A stretch of 60,866 bases of DNA, the filler included, from Ionaspis alba (taxonomy: Eukaryota): NCBI GenBank assembly GCA_964255285.1. It is 7 parts of 7 records of this genome, joined end to end, with 100 filler letters (N's around TTAATTAATTAA, not from the genome) between each part and the next. Parts side by side here need not be neighbours in the genome. Positions count along the whole stretch, not along the records: positions 1 to 8,627 come from CAXUUL010000722.1; positions 8,728 to 17,347 come from CAXUUL010000723.1; 5 more parts are not named here. The stretch is one strand, 5' to 3'. The notes beneath the pieces were generated by a model, which did no database searches, had not been told where the DNA came from, and saw nothing but the letters and a program-made list of their open reading frames with translations. Positions 1-11,058 of the stretch are shown here, one piece after another; position 1 is the stretch's first letter; every line of letters begins with the position of its first letter. A program made the translations under genes and the position numbers.

Positions 1-216
1 GTGGAGAAGGTCAATGAGGAGGGGAGGAAGGGGGTGAGGGAGTTGAGGGCGGAGATGCAGGCGAGGAAGGAGAGGTTGGTGAGGAGGTGGAGGCTGCAGG
101 AGGAGATTGAGAGGTGGAGGTTGAGGGATGAGATTGGGGAGGTGTTTGCGCCGTTGCCGGAGATTGAGTGGCCGGATGAGGAGGAGGAGGGGGAAGTGGA
201 TGAGTTGGATGGATAA
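1..216 (+). CDS. 3' end of a hypothetical charged (coiled-coil-like) protein, 5'-truncated at window start
   Basis: Frame is open from base 1 to TAA at 214-216; E/R-rich helical composition with an acidic tail; no recognisable motif. Confidence 0.35.
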   Translation: MEKVNEEGRKGVRELRAEMQARKERLVRRWRLQEEIERWRLRDEIGEVFAPLPEIEWPDEEEEGEVDELDG

Positions 217-582
217 GGAGCACGACGGGATAAGGGGTGGAGGAGAGAGAGCTGTGAGAGCTTCGGGTGATGGGGTGGACCGTTTGTCGTGAGGAGCTTT
301 ACCTGGAGTAGAGGCTTGCAGGAACTTAGAATATACCCATGGAAAAGGGGAGCCGTGATGTTGCCTGATAAATGAGGCTCTACATCACGGGGCCGTCCAT
401 ATAGATACGACAGATGCGCTTAGAATAGGATTTTTCACCAATGCTTGATACCATTCTGATCGCATCAGCAATCTTAGTACTATGCACTGTTATCAGATCC
501 AGCACATCAATCCAGACATCTGCAATACCTGCGCGCTTTTTCAAACAAAAGCTCCGTATCAGCCCCAGCCAACCTCACCCCT

Positions 583-3295
583 TCATCCCAGCTTCTCAAA
601 CCTCTCCTTCGCCTTATCCCTCGTCCTCTCCAAGAACCCCTCATAACCCCCCTTCGTATTCCTCTCCGCCTCCTCAACCGCATCTCCCATCTTCCCACCC
701 TGTGCCCCGAGTCCCACACCCTGCACATACATCTCCGTGGCAATAGGCGCCGTCATGCCTTTCCCCGTTGCGCCAAGCCCTTCACCCGCAGCCCAGCCCA
801 TCTTGCCCAGAAGGGACGCACCTTTCGACGGTGCGGGCGGCGCATCGATCTCTTCGCTCGTGTCTTTCGGAGCAGGCGATTGTGACGTTGCGGTCTTCTT
901 CATGGGGAGCGAGACTTTCTTGGACGCTCCGAACGCGGCGCGACGTTCTTTGGCGCGATCGCGGTACTCGGGGGTGTCTTCTTCAAGAGGAGGTGGCAAA
1001 CCTGCTTTGACCATTTTTGCAACAGCTTTGGTCTTGAGGTCTGAGCTCTGTAGATTGTCGCGATGGAGTTGACTTAGACGCTCGTGTTTGTTGACTTCGG
1101 CTTCGGATTTGAACTGTCGGGAGCAGAGGTAGCAGCAGTTCTTGGTTGGGTCGGCAAAGGAAGCTGTGGGAGTGGATGATGACTCTGATGTCGTTGATGG
1201 CTTTGACGGCGGTTTGAGTTTTCCAGGCTCAGTCTCGTCGGCGTCGGCGTCACTGGTGTCTTGAGGCTTCACGCCGTGTAGCTCTGCGTGGCGATTGCTC
1301 CAGAATTGGAGGTGGGCAGGAGCGGTCTGTTCGAGTAAGCGACAGTCAATTCAGGGAGGACACTTGAGCAATCCTTACCTTCTTCTGCTTACTCGTATCC
1401 TTCACTTCAGCCTTTCGCTTCTTGGTCTTTGGTTCTGTTTCCTTTCCTGGTGCTACCAACCCTTCCCTTTCCGCTGCGACGGCAGCTTGATCTGCAGCAG
1501 ATTTGACACGAGTATCATTGAACTTCGATGAGTCTTCTTGTGGTGGAGCTGACACGACTAGCTCACTGACAAAGGCGTCTTCGTCCCAATAAGCCAGTCT
1601 GATAGCAGTGTTGCTCAGTGGGCTAAATGTAAACTGCTCGTGCCCCACGACAGGATTGAGAACGGGAACGAATACTCCAGCATGGATGTAGCAGACGCCA
1701 ACTGGTTTCGAAGAAATCGTGAATTTCTCGAAGGAATTGAAGCGGACCAGTGCAGCTTGAGCGTCCTATCATTGTTGGTTAGTGCAAGCTAGAAGTGGTT
1801 TTGCAGTTTGGACTCACATCCACAGAGGCAAATTCTGCAAAACCATAACGCCAGCTCTCATTGGTTCTTCTGTCACGAACGAGTAATACCCTGCGTAAAG
1901 TTCCCTCTTTTGCACCAAGATTGGCATCACCAGTAGTGGAAGCAACCTTGGCATTGGTCTTTTTCGACGATCCTACAGCCGTTGAAGTTGCTCCACCACT
2001 TGGTTTGTAGAGTTTGGCAGCACCCTTGGCAAGAAGATCTTCGCTCACGGTGGGTTCAAGACCTCGAAGGAGCAGGAACTGAGATGGTGCTCCATTTGGT
2101 GAGGCGTCACTGTCTCCATTGTTGAGGAACTCCGACGGCTTTGCCTGAGTTGTCCTACCTTGTCCAGCCGTGTCTTCTCTGGTCAGAATTGGCTTGGCAG
2201 AAAGAATCAAAGGTCCAGCTTACCGATGTGTGGAGCATGGCATTTGAAACACATCTTGCGACCTGGAAAATTGGCAAAAGTGCACTAACGTGATCGTCGT
2301 AAGCATCAAAGGTGGATAATGAATCATAAACAAGGGACTCACAATCCTGCATGTCCATTCGCCTTCTGCCTTTTCTGCACGACTTCGGTCGTCTCGTTCT
2401 CGGCTGAAAGCCACCCGTACCTTTGCTGCTTCTTCGTCACCATCCTCTGAACCTTTACCATAGAGGTATATTATTGGGTAACTGCGCTCCAGGAAAGACT
2501 TGGACTTTTCAACGCTTGGAAACCTCAAGAAGCCAAATCCACGTGACACTTCTATGGTGATGTTAGTAATGACAGGAAAGGGCTTTTAGTGAGGAATCAC
2601 TAACTCGTCTGTCGATCTCGGATGACTCTTACATCATCAAGGTCATGGACGTTATGAAATTGTTTCAATTCCTTTGATATCTGTAACCTCAAGCATTGAC
2701 CGAAGACCGGTCATATGCCATGCCTTAGCCAGGTTTCCCATGTAAACGTCGAATGACACTTAGGCTCAGCTCGTGGTAGAAGTGGAGAGTTCGAGGGTCA
2801 TGTGTTCTGGTAGGTTGGAGGGGTGGTGGCCAACGTCTTCTTCAGTCATATCCTGTGGCAGTCCGTCCATCATGACTTCTCGGCTAGGTGGACCACCATA
2901 ATATGGCGATCTGTCCCTCCGTGGACTTCGGCTTCCGCTTCGATCATCGTAACCAGGAGATCTATATCCTTCGCGATCTCTATCTCGATATCCGCCTTGT
3001 GGTCTGGACCGCATCGGCGGTGAGCGTCCACGTTGATAGCTATCGTAGTCTCTCTGGTTGTCTCTATCTCGTCGGATATCCCACTCACGAACACTGGCTA
3101 GGTCATTGCGTCCAGGTTGCATTCCGCGGGGTGGAGTCCTTGACCGGTCTTTGCAGAGCCAGAATTAGCAGACGCGCAAAGTAGCAGAGAGTCTCATCCT
3201 GTCATTCGATTACCATGCGGAGGTGTGTATCTTCTAGGTGAAGGCGATTTTCTATGGTATGAGTCCCTCGGGGAATAACGGTCGTCGTAAGACAT
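583..3295 (-). CDS. RBM5/RBM10-like RNA-binding splicing regulator (RRM, RanBP2-type Zn finger, RRM, C2H2 Zn finger, G-patch), multi-exon
   Basis: ATG at 3295 (MSYDDRYSPR, RS/RD-rich); intron 3213-3149 joins in frame to the next exon; RNP1 motifs SRGFGFLRF and WRYGFAEF; WTCRI..C Zn finger split by an intron; CYLCSRQF..HERLSQLH C2H2; G-patch KGASLLGKMGWAAGEGLG. Confidence 0.9.
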
Positions 3296-3651
3296 GTGGT
3301 TCCTGTCGTTACCTGCTTGAGAAGGCATTTGTTTGTAATTTCGAACACTTCCGTCAGTTTCGTTCTCAGACCGCATGTATGCCATGGCTCGTGAGGTCCA
3401 GACCAAATTAAGAAGAGAATGAGGTGATTGTTTTGAGAGAGAAATCTAATTAAAGTAATGAGTGAAGACCATCTAGGAAGCGGGGAGTTGGGATGGGAAG
3501 GTGAAGCGCAAGCGACCACAAAGAAAGTTTAGCTCGCCCAGGGCGCGACTCACGGGTCTCACAACAACATCGTAGATCCTTATTCAATAATCTCCTGAAG
3601 TTTTGAGGAGGGTCAGAAGTTCGATCGTCTACCATTCACTATTTGATCGAC

Positions 3652-4277
3652 ATGTCGGTTGGATCAGTTTCTTATGTAGCGTCTTCATTTGCTAGTATGC
3701 TACCTGAAGCACCGTCAGAACAGCCAAAGCCTTGTAGCCTGCAAGAGCCTTATATACATGTCGAGCTTACGCATGATCTCCTTGATGCCAGAATTGTTAT
3801 GAATAGAGTCCGGAGTTCTCAGGCTGGTGCTATTGTACTCTTTGCTGGCACGAAACCTGTCGTTGTTCTCGTGGCTTCCTATAACTGACCTGCTTTGCAG
3901 GCACAACTCGAGACAATTTTGACGGAAAGCCTGTTAAAGAATTACAATACTCTGCATACGCTCCACTTGCTCTAAGAACCATGCTCTCAATAGCTCAAGC
4001 AGTAAAACAGAAGCACGAGCTGACAGCAATCTCCATGATTCATCGTCTTGGTGTGGTTCCTATTGGCGAGGAGAGTATATTGATTGCCGTTTCATCGCCT
4101 CATCGTCAAGCAGCGTGGAAGGCTGGCGAAGAAGCATTAGAGGAGTGTAAAGCTAAGGTTGAGGTTTGGAAACTAGAAGAATTCGATGGTGAAGAAGGCG
4201 GTATATGGCGTGCCAATAGAGATGGCGCCGTCGGGGCTCCTTTGACTGAAAGAGAGCCAGTAGTGCAGAAGGGATGA
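3652..4277 (+). CDS. cnxH: Molybdopterin synthase catalytic (large) subunit, MoaE/MOCS2B family; 2 exons
   Basis: Spliced product reads GAIVLFAG-TTRDNFDGKPVKELQYSAY...HRLGVVPIGEESILIAVSSPHRQAAW..EECKAKVEVWKLE, typical of MoaE. Needs intron 3848-3900. Start is ATG 3652 or 3697. Confidence 0.92.
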
Positions 4278-4428
4278 AGTGTTGGCTACGGTTTAGCGTA
4301 TTCAGTAGGACTCCGATTTCTTTATGCTTCTATCATACGCAGGTCTTGAATTGAGCCTGGACTGTTACCATCTCCTCATTGTTGTTTTGCGGGAGATGCT
4401 AGAGCTGATAGTGCAATTAAACGGAAGC

Positions 4429-4745
4429 AAAAAGTAACGTTACCAATGGTAGGGGTTGAACTCTGAGCCTGCTGGTGACAGAGCCCAAACCCTAACCTCC
4501 CGCGATCAAACTCGAAAACGGCAAAAAACCGAGCCGAAGCGGTCACGCAGTGCTGTGCAAACGACAGGTACGATAAGCGGTTCGTTTACTCGGGGAAAAC
4601 CCCTAGCTGGCTTGCAAGGAGGTTTTCATACCGGCAGAGGAAGCACCGGGCAAGGCCCCTGGCGCACGAAGCAACCAGGATGGCTCCCGGGTCCAGACTG
4701 GCGAACGAGGGCTGCGGTGCCAGCGGCCGGTACCCCTCTTCGAAT
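4429..4745 (-). ncRNA. Candidate structured non-coding RNA, family unassigned
   Basis: Intergenic between two convergent genes; at least six helices with G-U pairs that only work on the minus strand; upstream TATA; T-runs at 4528-4523 and 4433-4429. Boundaries are approximate. Confidence 0.55.
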
Positions 4746-4768
4746 TGATAATAGGCATAGCCCTATTG

Positions 4769-4779
4769 TATAATATATA
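4769..4779 (-). promoter_or_regulatory. TATA-like element upstream of the candidate ncRNA
   Basis: Minus strand reads TATATATTATA about 30 nt upstream of the first helix (4739); no protein-coding start nearby. Confidence 0.45.
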
Positions 4780-5101
4780 CCAACCATTAGCATGAACGGG
4801 GATTATAGGGCTGAGCTTGTTTGGAGCCTCACCCTTAAAGTCAACACCTTGGCCAAGAGATAGCACAGTACCCTAACATGGACTTTACGGTATGATCATC
4901 ATATTCAGAGCTGCTTACCATACCTTTCATAGTTTAAAGACGTCGGTCCATCATGTAATAACGCGTAGGGGCTATGGATTTCTCGGATTGCTTCCTCCCC
5001 GTGAATTTAATTCAACCATCTTATTGATCTATCTTATTCATTACATTGACGTCAGGAACGACTCGGCATAGTGTGCAGGCTAAGATATTCATTGCCTAAT
5101 A

Positions 5102-6095
5102 CTACGTTGATAGTACTTTCTCTATTCTCCCTTTCTCTTGCATCCTTCGCTCCACACCTTCGATCCTATTCCCGTCTCCTCCAACAACGACCACTCTCTC
5201 CAACTTCCCATCCTTGCTTATCGTCACTCTTCCTATCATTCCTCCACCCCACTCAATTCCCATCTCCAATGCCTCTGCGTCCACTGCACTCACATTCTTG
5301 ACTTCAGTCTCGCCTCCACCTTCACTCCTTCCCACATCCGCGCCGTTACTCAAACTTATGATGGCGTCTTGACGTTTATGATAAGAAGCAATCTCGCCAC
5401 GAAGCTCCCGAACAAATCGAGTAAGGTCTTGGAGCTTGTGCTGCTTGTCGCTCTCAGCACTTAAACGCGGCGTAAATGGAATGTATTTTGCCGCGAGAGC
5501 ATGAAGAGGTATGCAAGAGGGAATCGTGTGACGGTGGATGCGGAGAGATGAGGAGGAAGGTTGCGGACGGTGAAGAAGAAGGTAGTAAGGGGTTAAGAAG
5601 GTTTTGGAATCTAGATGATGAGGACAACCAGTTGGACAAATATGGTATATAGTACATGATTGCGTGCTTACGCTGCGAGAACGCTTCGATCCTGATTCCC
5701 ACAATCCGTCCATCGTCGACGGCATGAGGATCCGGGTCTCTGGACTCAAACAAAGTGGCCCCAGCACACATGCGATAGAGGTCCTCAGTGTTCTGACGGT
5801 TCTGCTCTTTAATGCGCGCTTCGAGCTTCTGGACACGAGTGGTCCTGTCAATGGAGTGCTTTGGAGTGCTTTTGATCCAGTGAACAAGCCGTTGGGAGGA
5901 AGGGGACGAGAGAAAGGCGGCTGTTACGGTTGCACGACGGCGCGCAAGTTTCTTGACTACAAGCTCGATCAGCTAGCTACTGATTTGGCGTTTTGGTCAA
6001 GAGAACAAACTCTGTTCCCGAACAAGTATGATCTCGGCGTCGAGGGAAGCTGTCGTAGGTTGGGTCTCTGGAACCACAGACTGAGTATGCTCCAT
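5102..6095 (-). CDS. CENP-O/Mcm21-family inner kinetochore protein; 3 exons
   Basis: ATG at 6095 (MEHTQ..LDAEI); spliced motifs LYRMCAGATLFESRDPDPHAVDDGRIVGIRIE and PYYLLL..LRIHRHTIPSCIPL..LAAKY..QDLTRFVRELR match fungal CENP-O as I recall it. Confidence 0.8.
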
Positions 6096-6500
6096 CGTTT
6101 GCTGGGAATGCTTGTGGTTTAGCATCAGTAATCAGAGCCAACTGATGTTGTTATCAGACGCGGTCTTGTTGACTTTACACGCGCGCGGATATGATACGGC
6201 CCCTGAAGTCTAAGCAGGTACGACCTTCCCTACCATCATCTGCTTCACATTCTCATACAACTGAAACCCTTAGCACGCTTGTAATGTTGCGAATGATTAT
6301 AGAGATGCAGTTCCACTTCCCACTCATGCTTAGGCTGTTCTCGGTCTAATCGCGTTCCTGCCGCCACCTTCAACTAGCCGAACATCCCTGTCAGTGACGA
6401 CAATTCGGGTTTGTTCCTGACTAAGGAAATTGACAGCAAAAGAACAACGAGGCCACAGCGAAAAGGGTAGCTTGAGCAGAGGCCCTCTCCAACCACATGG

Positions 6501-8627
6501 ATGCCTACCTCATCAGGCGACACTTTCCCTGATATTTCTCACTCTATTCCATTAGAACATTTACTATCGCCTTCACAGCATCAACTCTCGAACCGGGCCA
6601 GCCTCGAAAAGGAGGCATCACATGTCCACAACATCGAGATTGCAGAAATCTCCCCTAGAGAGAGCACCTTGTCAAGAGAGCGCTATATCTCTGAATCGCC
6701 CAACAGTTCAAGACAGCCGCCAGACCTTGTACTTGTCACCGACATCCAGCCAGAAACCCAACGCTTAATCTCTTCTCATCCAGACTACGAGTCTGAACCA
6801 GACTCTTCGCAGATGGGACGCAAACCCCACAAGACGAATGCCACCTCACCAGACCAAGCAAGATCGACTAGCTCTGGCAGTCAGAACGGGCACCTCAACG
6901 GCCATCTCCACGGTCACATCAACGGGCACGCCAACGGCAATATGAACAAAAATGTGGAGATGAGGCGGAAACATATCGCCCTTGATTCCCCGACCCAGAC
7001 AGCAAATCTCATGGGTCGTGAGAGCTTTTCTTTAGATAACGAACCACCACCTACACCTTCACATGCTTCGAACACCGGCTTTTTTGATTTACCAAGACAA
7101 GACCGGAGGAATTTCCTACTTCTAGTCCTACTATATTTCCTCCAAGGAGTGCCGATGGGTTTGGCAGGTGGTTCCGTGCCATTCTTGCTCAAGAAGGCAC
7201 ATCTCTCATACGGACAGATAGGCGTCTTTACACTAGCTTCATATCCGTATTCGTTGAAGCTGCTGTGGAGCCCGATAGTGGACGCTGTTTGGAGTCCTGC
7301 ACTGGGACGAAGGAAGAGCTGGATTCTCCCTATACAGCTTTGTTCGGGACTCGGGATGATATACCTCGGTGGTCGTGCGGCTGAAATGATGAAGGCAGCC
7401 GGCGCAACGGATGGATCTGGAATTTGGAGGTTCACCCTGTGGTGGTTCTTCCTTGTGTTCTTGTGCGCGACCCAGGATATCGCTGTGGATGGCTGGGCAT
7501 TAACACTCCTTTCTCCACCAAATCTATCGTACGCCTCGACCGCCCAAACTGTCGGCTTGACAGCGGGACAGTTCTTGTCATTCACGGTCTTCCTGGCTTT
7601 CAACGCGCCCGAATTTGCCAATCGATGGTTTCGAAAGGTACCGCTTGATGAGGGCGTAATGTCTTTAGGAGGGTATCTTGCCTTCTGGGGATGGGCTTAC
7701 CTCATTGTTACAATCGGACTTGCAATCATGAAGCGGGAAGAGAAGACCAAAGAGCGAGATGGTATAATGACAGTCTATCGAAGCATGTGGGGAATACTCA
7801 AATTACGCAACATCCAGAGCATTATCATCATCCATCTCATTGCTAAGCTTGGGTTCCAAGCCAACGACGCAGCCACGAATCTCAAGTTACTGGACAAGGG
7901 CTTCAGCCAGGAGGACATGGCATTGACGGTTCTCATCGACTTTCCGTTCGAGATTAGCCTTGGCTATTATGCCGGAAGATGGTCGACTGCCTACCCGCCA
8001 ATTCATGTCTGGTGCTGGGGATTTATCGGGAGACTTGTGGCGGCGGTCATAGCTCAAGCAATTGTTCTCATATTCCCCAAAGACGGTGTCCAGACATGGT
8101 ATCTCTTGAGTGTCATTTGCTCTCATATTTTCTCAACCTTTACCAATACGGTCATGTTCGTCGCCATCAGCGCATTCCATGCTAAGATCTCAGACCCAGC
8201 GATTGGTGGCACGTACATGACACTTCTCGCAACGTGAGCTTCCCCAATCGCAGCCTATTTATGGTTTTAGACTGCTAATAATATCCAGTGTTTCGAATCT
8301 TGGAGGCACATTTCCTCGTTTCTTTATCCTTAAGCTCATCGATTACTTCAGCATCGCTACCTGCAGTCCCCCTCTCAAACCGCCGACGACCCTCAAACCA
8401 GGCGTTTCACCAATCACTTCCGCCTTCTCATGTGTAGTCGAAGCCGAGAAAGACCGATGTAGGGCTGCTGGTGGGGTCTGTGAGACCTCAAGAGACGGTT
8501 ACTATGTCATGAATGTGGTCTGCGTGATTATAGGTGTAGTGACATTCTGGAGCTATATAAGACCCGCAGCCCGGCGGCTACAGGCATTGCCGCTAAGAGC
8601 TTGGAGACTGAGTCCGGAATATGGGAC
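6501..8627 (+). CDS. Acetyl-CoA transporter 1 (SLC33A1/ACATN family, MFS); last codons cut by the contig end
   Basis: Motifs LYFLQGVPMGL, YPYSLKLLWSPIVD, GRRKSWI, CATQDIAVDGWAL, DPAIGGTYMTLLAT; intron 8234-8288, then VSNLGGTFPRFFIL..DGYY; no stop before the linker. Start could be 6501 or 6813. Confidence 0.92.
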
Positions 8628-8727
8628 NNNNNNNNNNNNNNNNNNNNNNNNNNNNNNNNNNNNNNNNNNNNTTAATTAATTAANNNNNNNNNNNNNNNNN
8701 NNNNNNNNNNNNNNNNNNNNNNNNNNN
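8628..8727. other. Artificial contig linker
   Basis: N44-TTAATTAATTAA-N44, giving stops in all six frames. Confidence 0.98.
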
Positions 8728-8757
8728 ACTCCTACGCCGAGCTCTCAATCCCCGGAT

Positions 8758-11058
8758 ATGACGTTCAGGAGAAAGCGCCAACGTGTGGCAGACGATGGCG
8801 CTGCCGTCACAACTATCAGCGATGATGAGAATGAAGACCCCTCAGACCTAGATACCTCTCGCCGAAAAATGCCCCACCAGACCTCGAAGTCACTCTTCGT
8901 CCGCTCCCTTCCTCCCACTGCTACCACAAAGAGCTTGACAGAGCACTTCTCACAATCATATCCTCTCAAACATGCGACGGTCGTCATCGATCCAGCTACA
9001 AAGAAGTCAAAGGGCTATGGATTCATCACTTTTGCTGATTCGGAAGACGCTCAAGCAGCCAAGGAACAATTCAATGGGACCTCATTCGAGGGTCGCAAGA
9101 TCAAGGTGGAGATAGCAGAACCACGTCATCGGGATGTGGATAACGAAGGCCTCAACGGACACAGAAAAAGCCAACCATCAGCCACGGCTATCAAGATCAA
9201 AGCAGATCGGGAAAAGGAGAGGCTTGAGGACCACAAACCGCCGAAGCTGATCATTAGGAATCTACCTTGGTCTATCAAGGAACCAGAACAGCTGGCATTG
9301 CTCTTCCGGAGCTACGGCAAAGTCAAGCATGCTACGTTACCAAAACAGAAGCCTGGCATGTCCGCCGGCTTTGGATTTGTTGTACTGAGAGGTCAGAAGA
9401 ACGCGGAGAAAGCATTGGCTGGTGTCAATGGGAAGGAAGTGGAGGGCAGAACGTTGGCTGTGGACTGGGCTGTTGAGAAGGAAGTGTGGGAAACACTTCA
9501 AAAGGGTGAAGAGGATGAGAACCGGGAGACTACTCCGCGCGAGAATGATGATGAAGCAAGTACCGTCAAGTCAGAGCGCGATGAGGACGAGCCTAGACTC
9601 GAAGACATTCCGCCGAGTGACGCTGAATATGGTGATTACTCGAGTGATGGAGAGGATGACGATGAGGGGGAGATGTCTAGCGATAGTCTAAAGGAGGAAG
9701 AGGAAGCTCCGCATCGGATTCAAGACAATTCATCAACTCTATTCATCCGAAACCTGCCATTCACTAGCACCGATGAAACGTTACAAGAGCATTTCAAATC
9801 TTTTGGTCCAATACGATATGCAAGAGTTGTCCTAGACCATGTGACAGAGAGGTCGAAAGGGTCTGGATTTGTATGCTTTTACGATCTGGAAGACGCCACT
9901 AATTGCCTCCGCGAAGCACCGAGGTTACAATCAGCAACCTCAGACACTAGAGGCAAGAAGACCAATGCAGGTACATCGATCATGAAGCATTCTCTTCTCG
10001 AAGACACCCACATAGATCCTAACGGTCGTTATACTATCAATGGTCGTGTCTTGCAGGTGTCTCGCGCTGTGGATAGGAACGAGGCAAATCGTCTCGCGAA
10101 TGAAGGTAGCTCTCTGAGGGATGCTCGCGACAAGGACAAGAGACGATTGTATCTCCTCTCCGAAGGCACAATAGGTACCAACTCTCCTTTATATGATACC
10201 CTATCGCCGTCAGAGGCCAAGATGCGAGAGGATAGCGCGAAGCAACGTCAGACTCTCATTAAAAGCAATCCTTCCTTGCACCTTAGTCTCACCCGGCTCT
10301 CCGTACGGAATCTTCCTCGCAGTTTTGCTTCCAAAGACCTCAAAGCGCTAGCGCGTGAGGCAGTAGTAGGTTTTGCCAAGGACGTCAAAGATGGCACCCG
10401 ACGCCAGCTGTCTAAAGAAGAGCTTTCTCGCGGGGCAGATGAGATGAGAGAGGCTGAAAAGCAGCGCAAGGCCAGAGGGAAGGGGGTTGTCAAGCAAGCC
10501 AAGATTGTGTTCGAGGGACGAGAGGGAGGAAAAGTTGCCGAAGACAGTGGGGCGGGTCGGAGCAGAGGCTACGGGTTTATCGAGTTTGTTTCCCATCGAT
10601 GGGCTCTAATGGGGCTTCGATGGTTGAACGGGCATGCAGTGGGACAGAGATCTGGTAACGGCGATGAAAAACCGGGAAACGTCATCAAGGAGAAACCGAA
10701 ACGCCTCATCGTCGAGTTTGCAATAGAAAATGCTCAAGTTGTAGCACGACGCCACGATCGGGAGGTCAAAGCGAGAGAGAGATCGAAAATCGTAGCTGAG
10801 AAAAGAGCTGCTGGAGAAATCTCTGAACCGCCAAAGAAGATTTTGTCAAAGGATACACAGATGGCTAGAACTCGGAAGGGAACGAAACGCAAGCACGTGG
10901 ATGGTGGTCGAGATTCGAATCGACCTGAACCGGTTCCTGCTCATCAGCTCCAGGGCTCTGAATCTGGCGGTTCGAGCAAGCTTGTGAAACGGCAGCGGAT
11001 CATTGGCAAGAAGAGGATGATGCGGAAGGCCAGGAGGAAGACTACTGCCAAGCAATAA
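8758..11058 (+). CDS. NOP4: Nucleolar multi-RRM protein Nop4/RBM28 (60S biogenesis), intronless
   Basis: Four RRMs (KSKGYGFITF, AGFGFV, SKGSGFVCF, RSRGYGFIEF); acidic linker; DKRRLYLLSEG, NPSLHLSLTRLSVRNLP and KRLIVEFAIEN motifs. Confidence 0.93.
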   Translation: MTFRRKRQRVADDGAAVTTISDDENEDPSDLDTSRRKMPHQTSKSLFVRSLPPTATTKSLTEHFSQSYPLKHATVVIDPATKKSKGYGFITFADSEDAQAAKEQFNGTSFEGRKIKVEIAEPRHRDVDNEGLNGHRKSQPSATAIKIKADREKERLEDHKPPKLIIRNLPWSIKEPEQLALLFRSYGKVKHATLPKQKPGMSAGFGFVVLRGQKNAEKALAGVNGKEVEGRTLAVDWAVEKEVWETLQKGEEDENRETTPRENDDEASTVKSERDEDEPRLEDIPPSDAEYGDYSSDGEDDDEGEMSSDSLKEEEEAPHRIQDNSSTLFIRNLPFTSTDETLQEHFKSFGPIRYARVVLDHVTERSKGSGFVCFYDLEDATNCLREAPRLQSATSDTRGKKTNAGTSIMKHSLLEDTHIDPNGRYTINGRVLQVSRAVDRNEANRLANEGSSLRDARDKDKRRLYLLSEGTIGTNSPLYDTLSPSEAKMREDSAKQRQTLIKSNPSLHLSLTRLSVRNLPRSFASKDLKALAREAVVGFAKDVKDGTRRQLSKEELSRGADEMREAEKQRKARGKGVVKQAKIVFEGREGGKVAEDSGAGRSRGYGFIEFVSHRWALMGLRWLNGHAVGQRSGNGDEKPGNVIKEKPKRLIVEFAIENAQVVARRHDREVKARERSKIVAEKRAAGEISEPPKKILSKDTQMARTRKGTKRKHVDGGRDSNRPEPVPAHQLQGSESGGSSKLVKRQRIIGKKRMMRKARRKTTAKQ

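Noticed and set aside
4488..4497. AACCCTAACC, resembling a telomerase RNA template; the opposite strand AGGGUUUGGGCUCUGUCA resembles vertebrate P6.1
   Set aside because: The two resemblances are on opposite strands, G-U pairing favours the strand without a template, and the ~820-nt intergenic space is shorter than known Pezizomycotina telomerase RNAs.
8672..8683. Recurring TTAATTAATTAA as a biological repeat
   Set aside because: Always centred in 88 Ns; a synthetic six-frame-stop linker.
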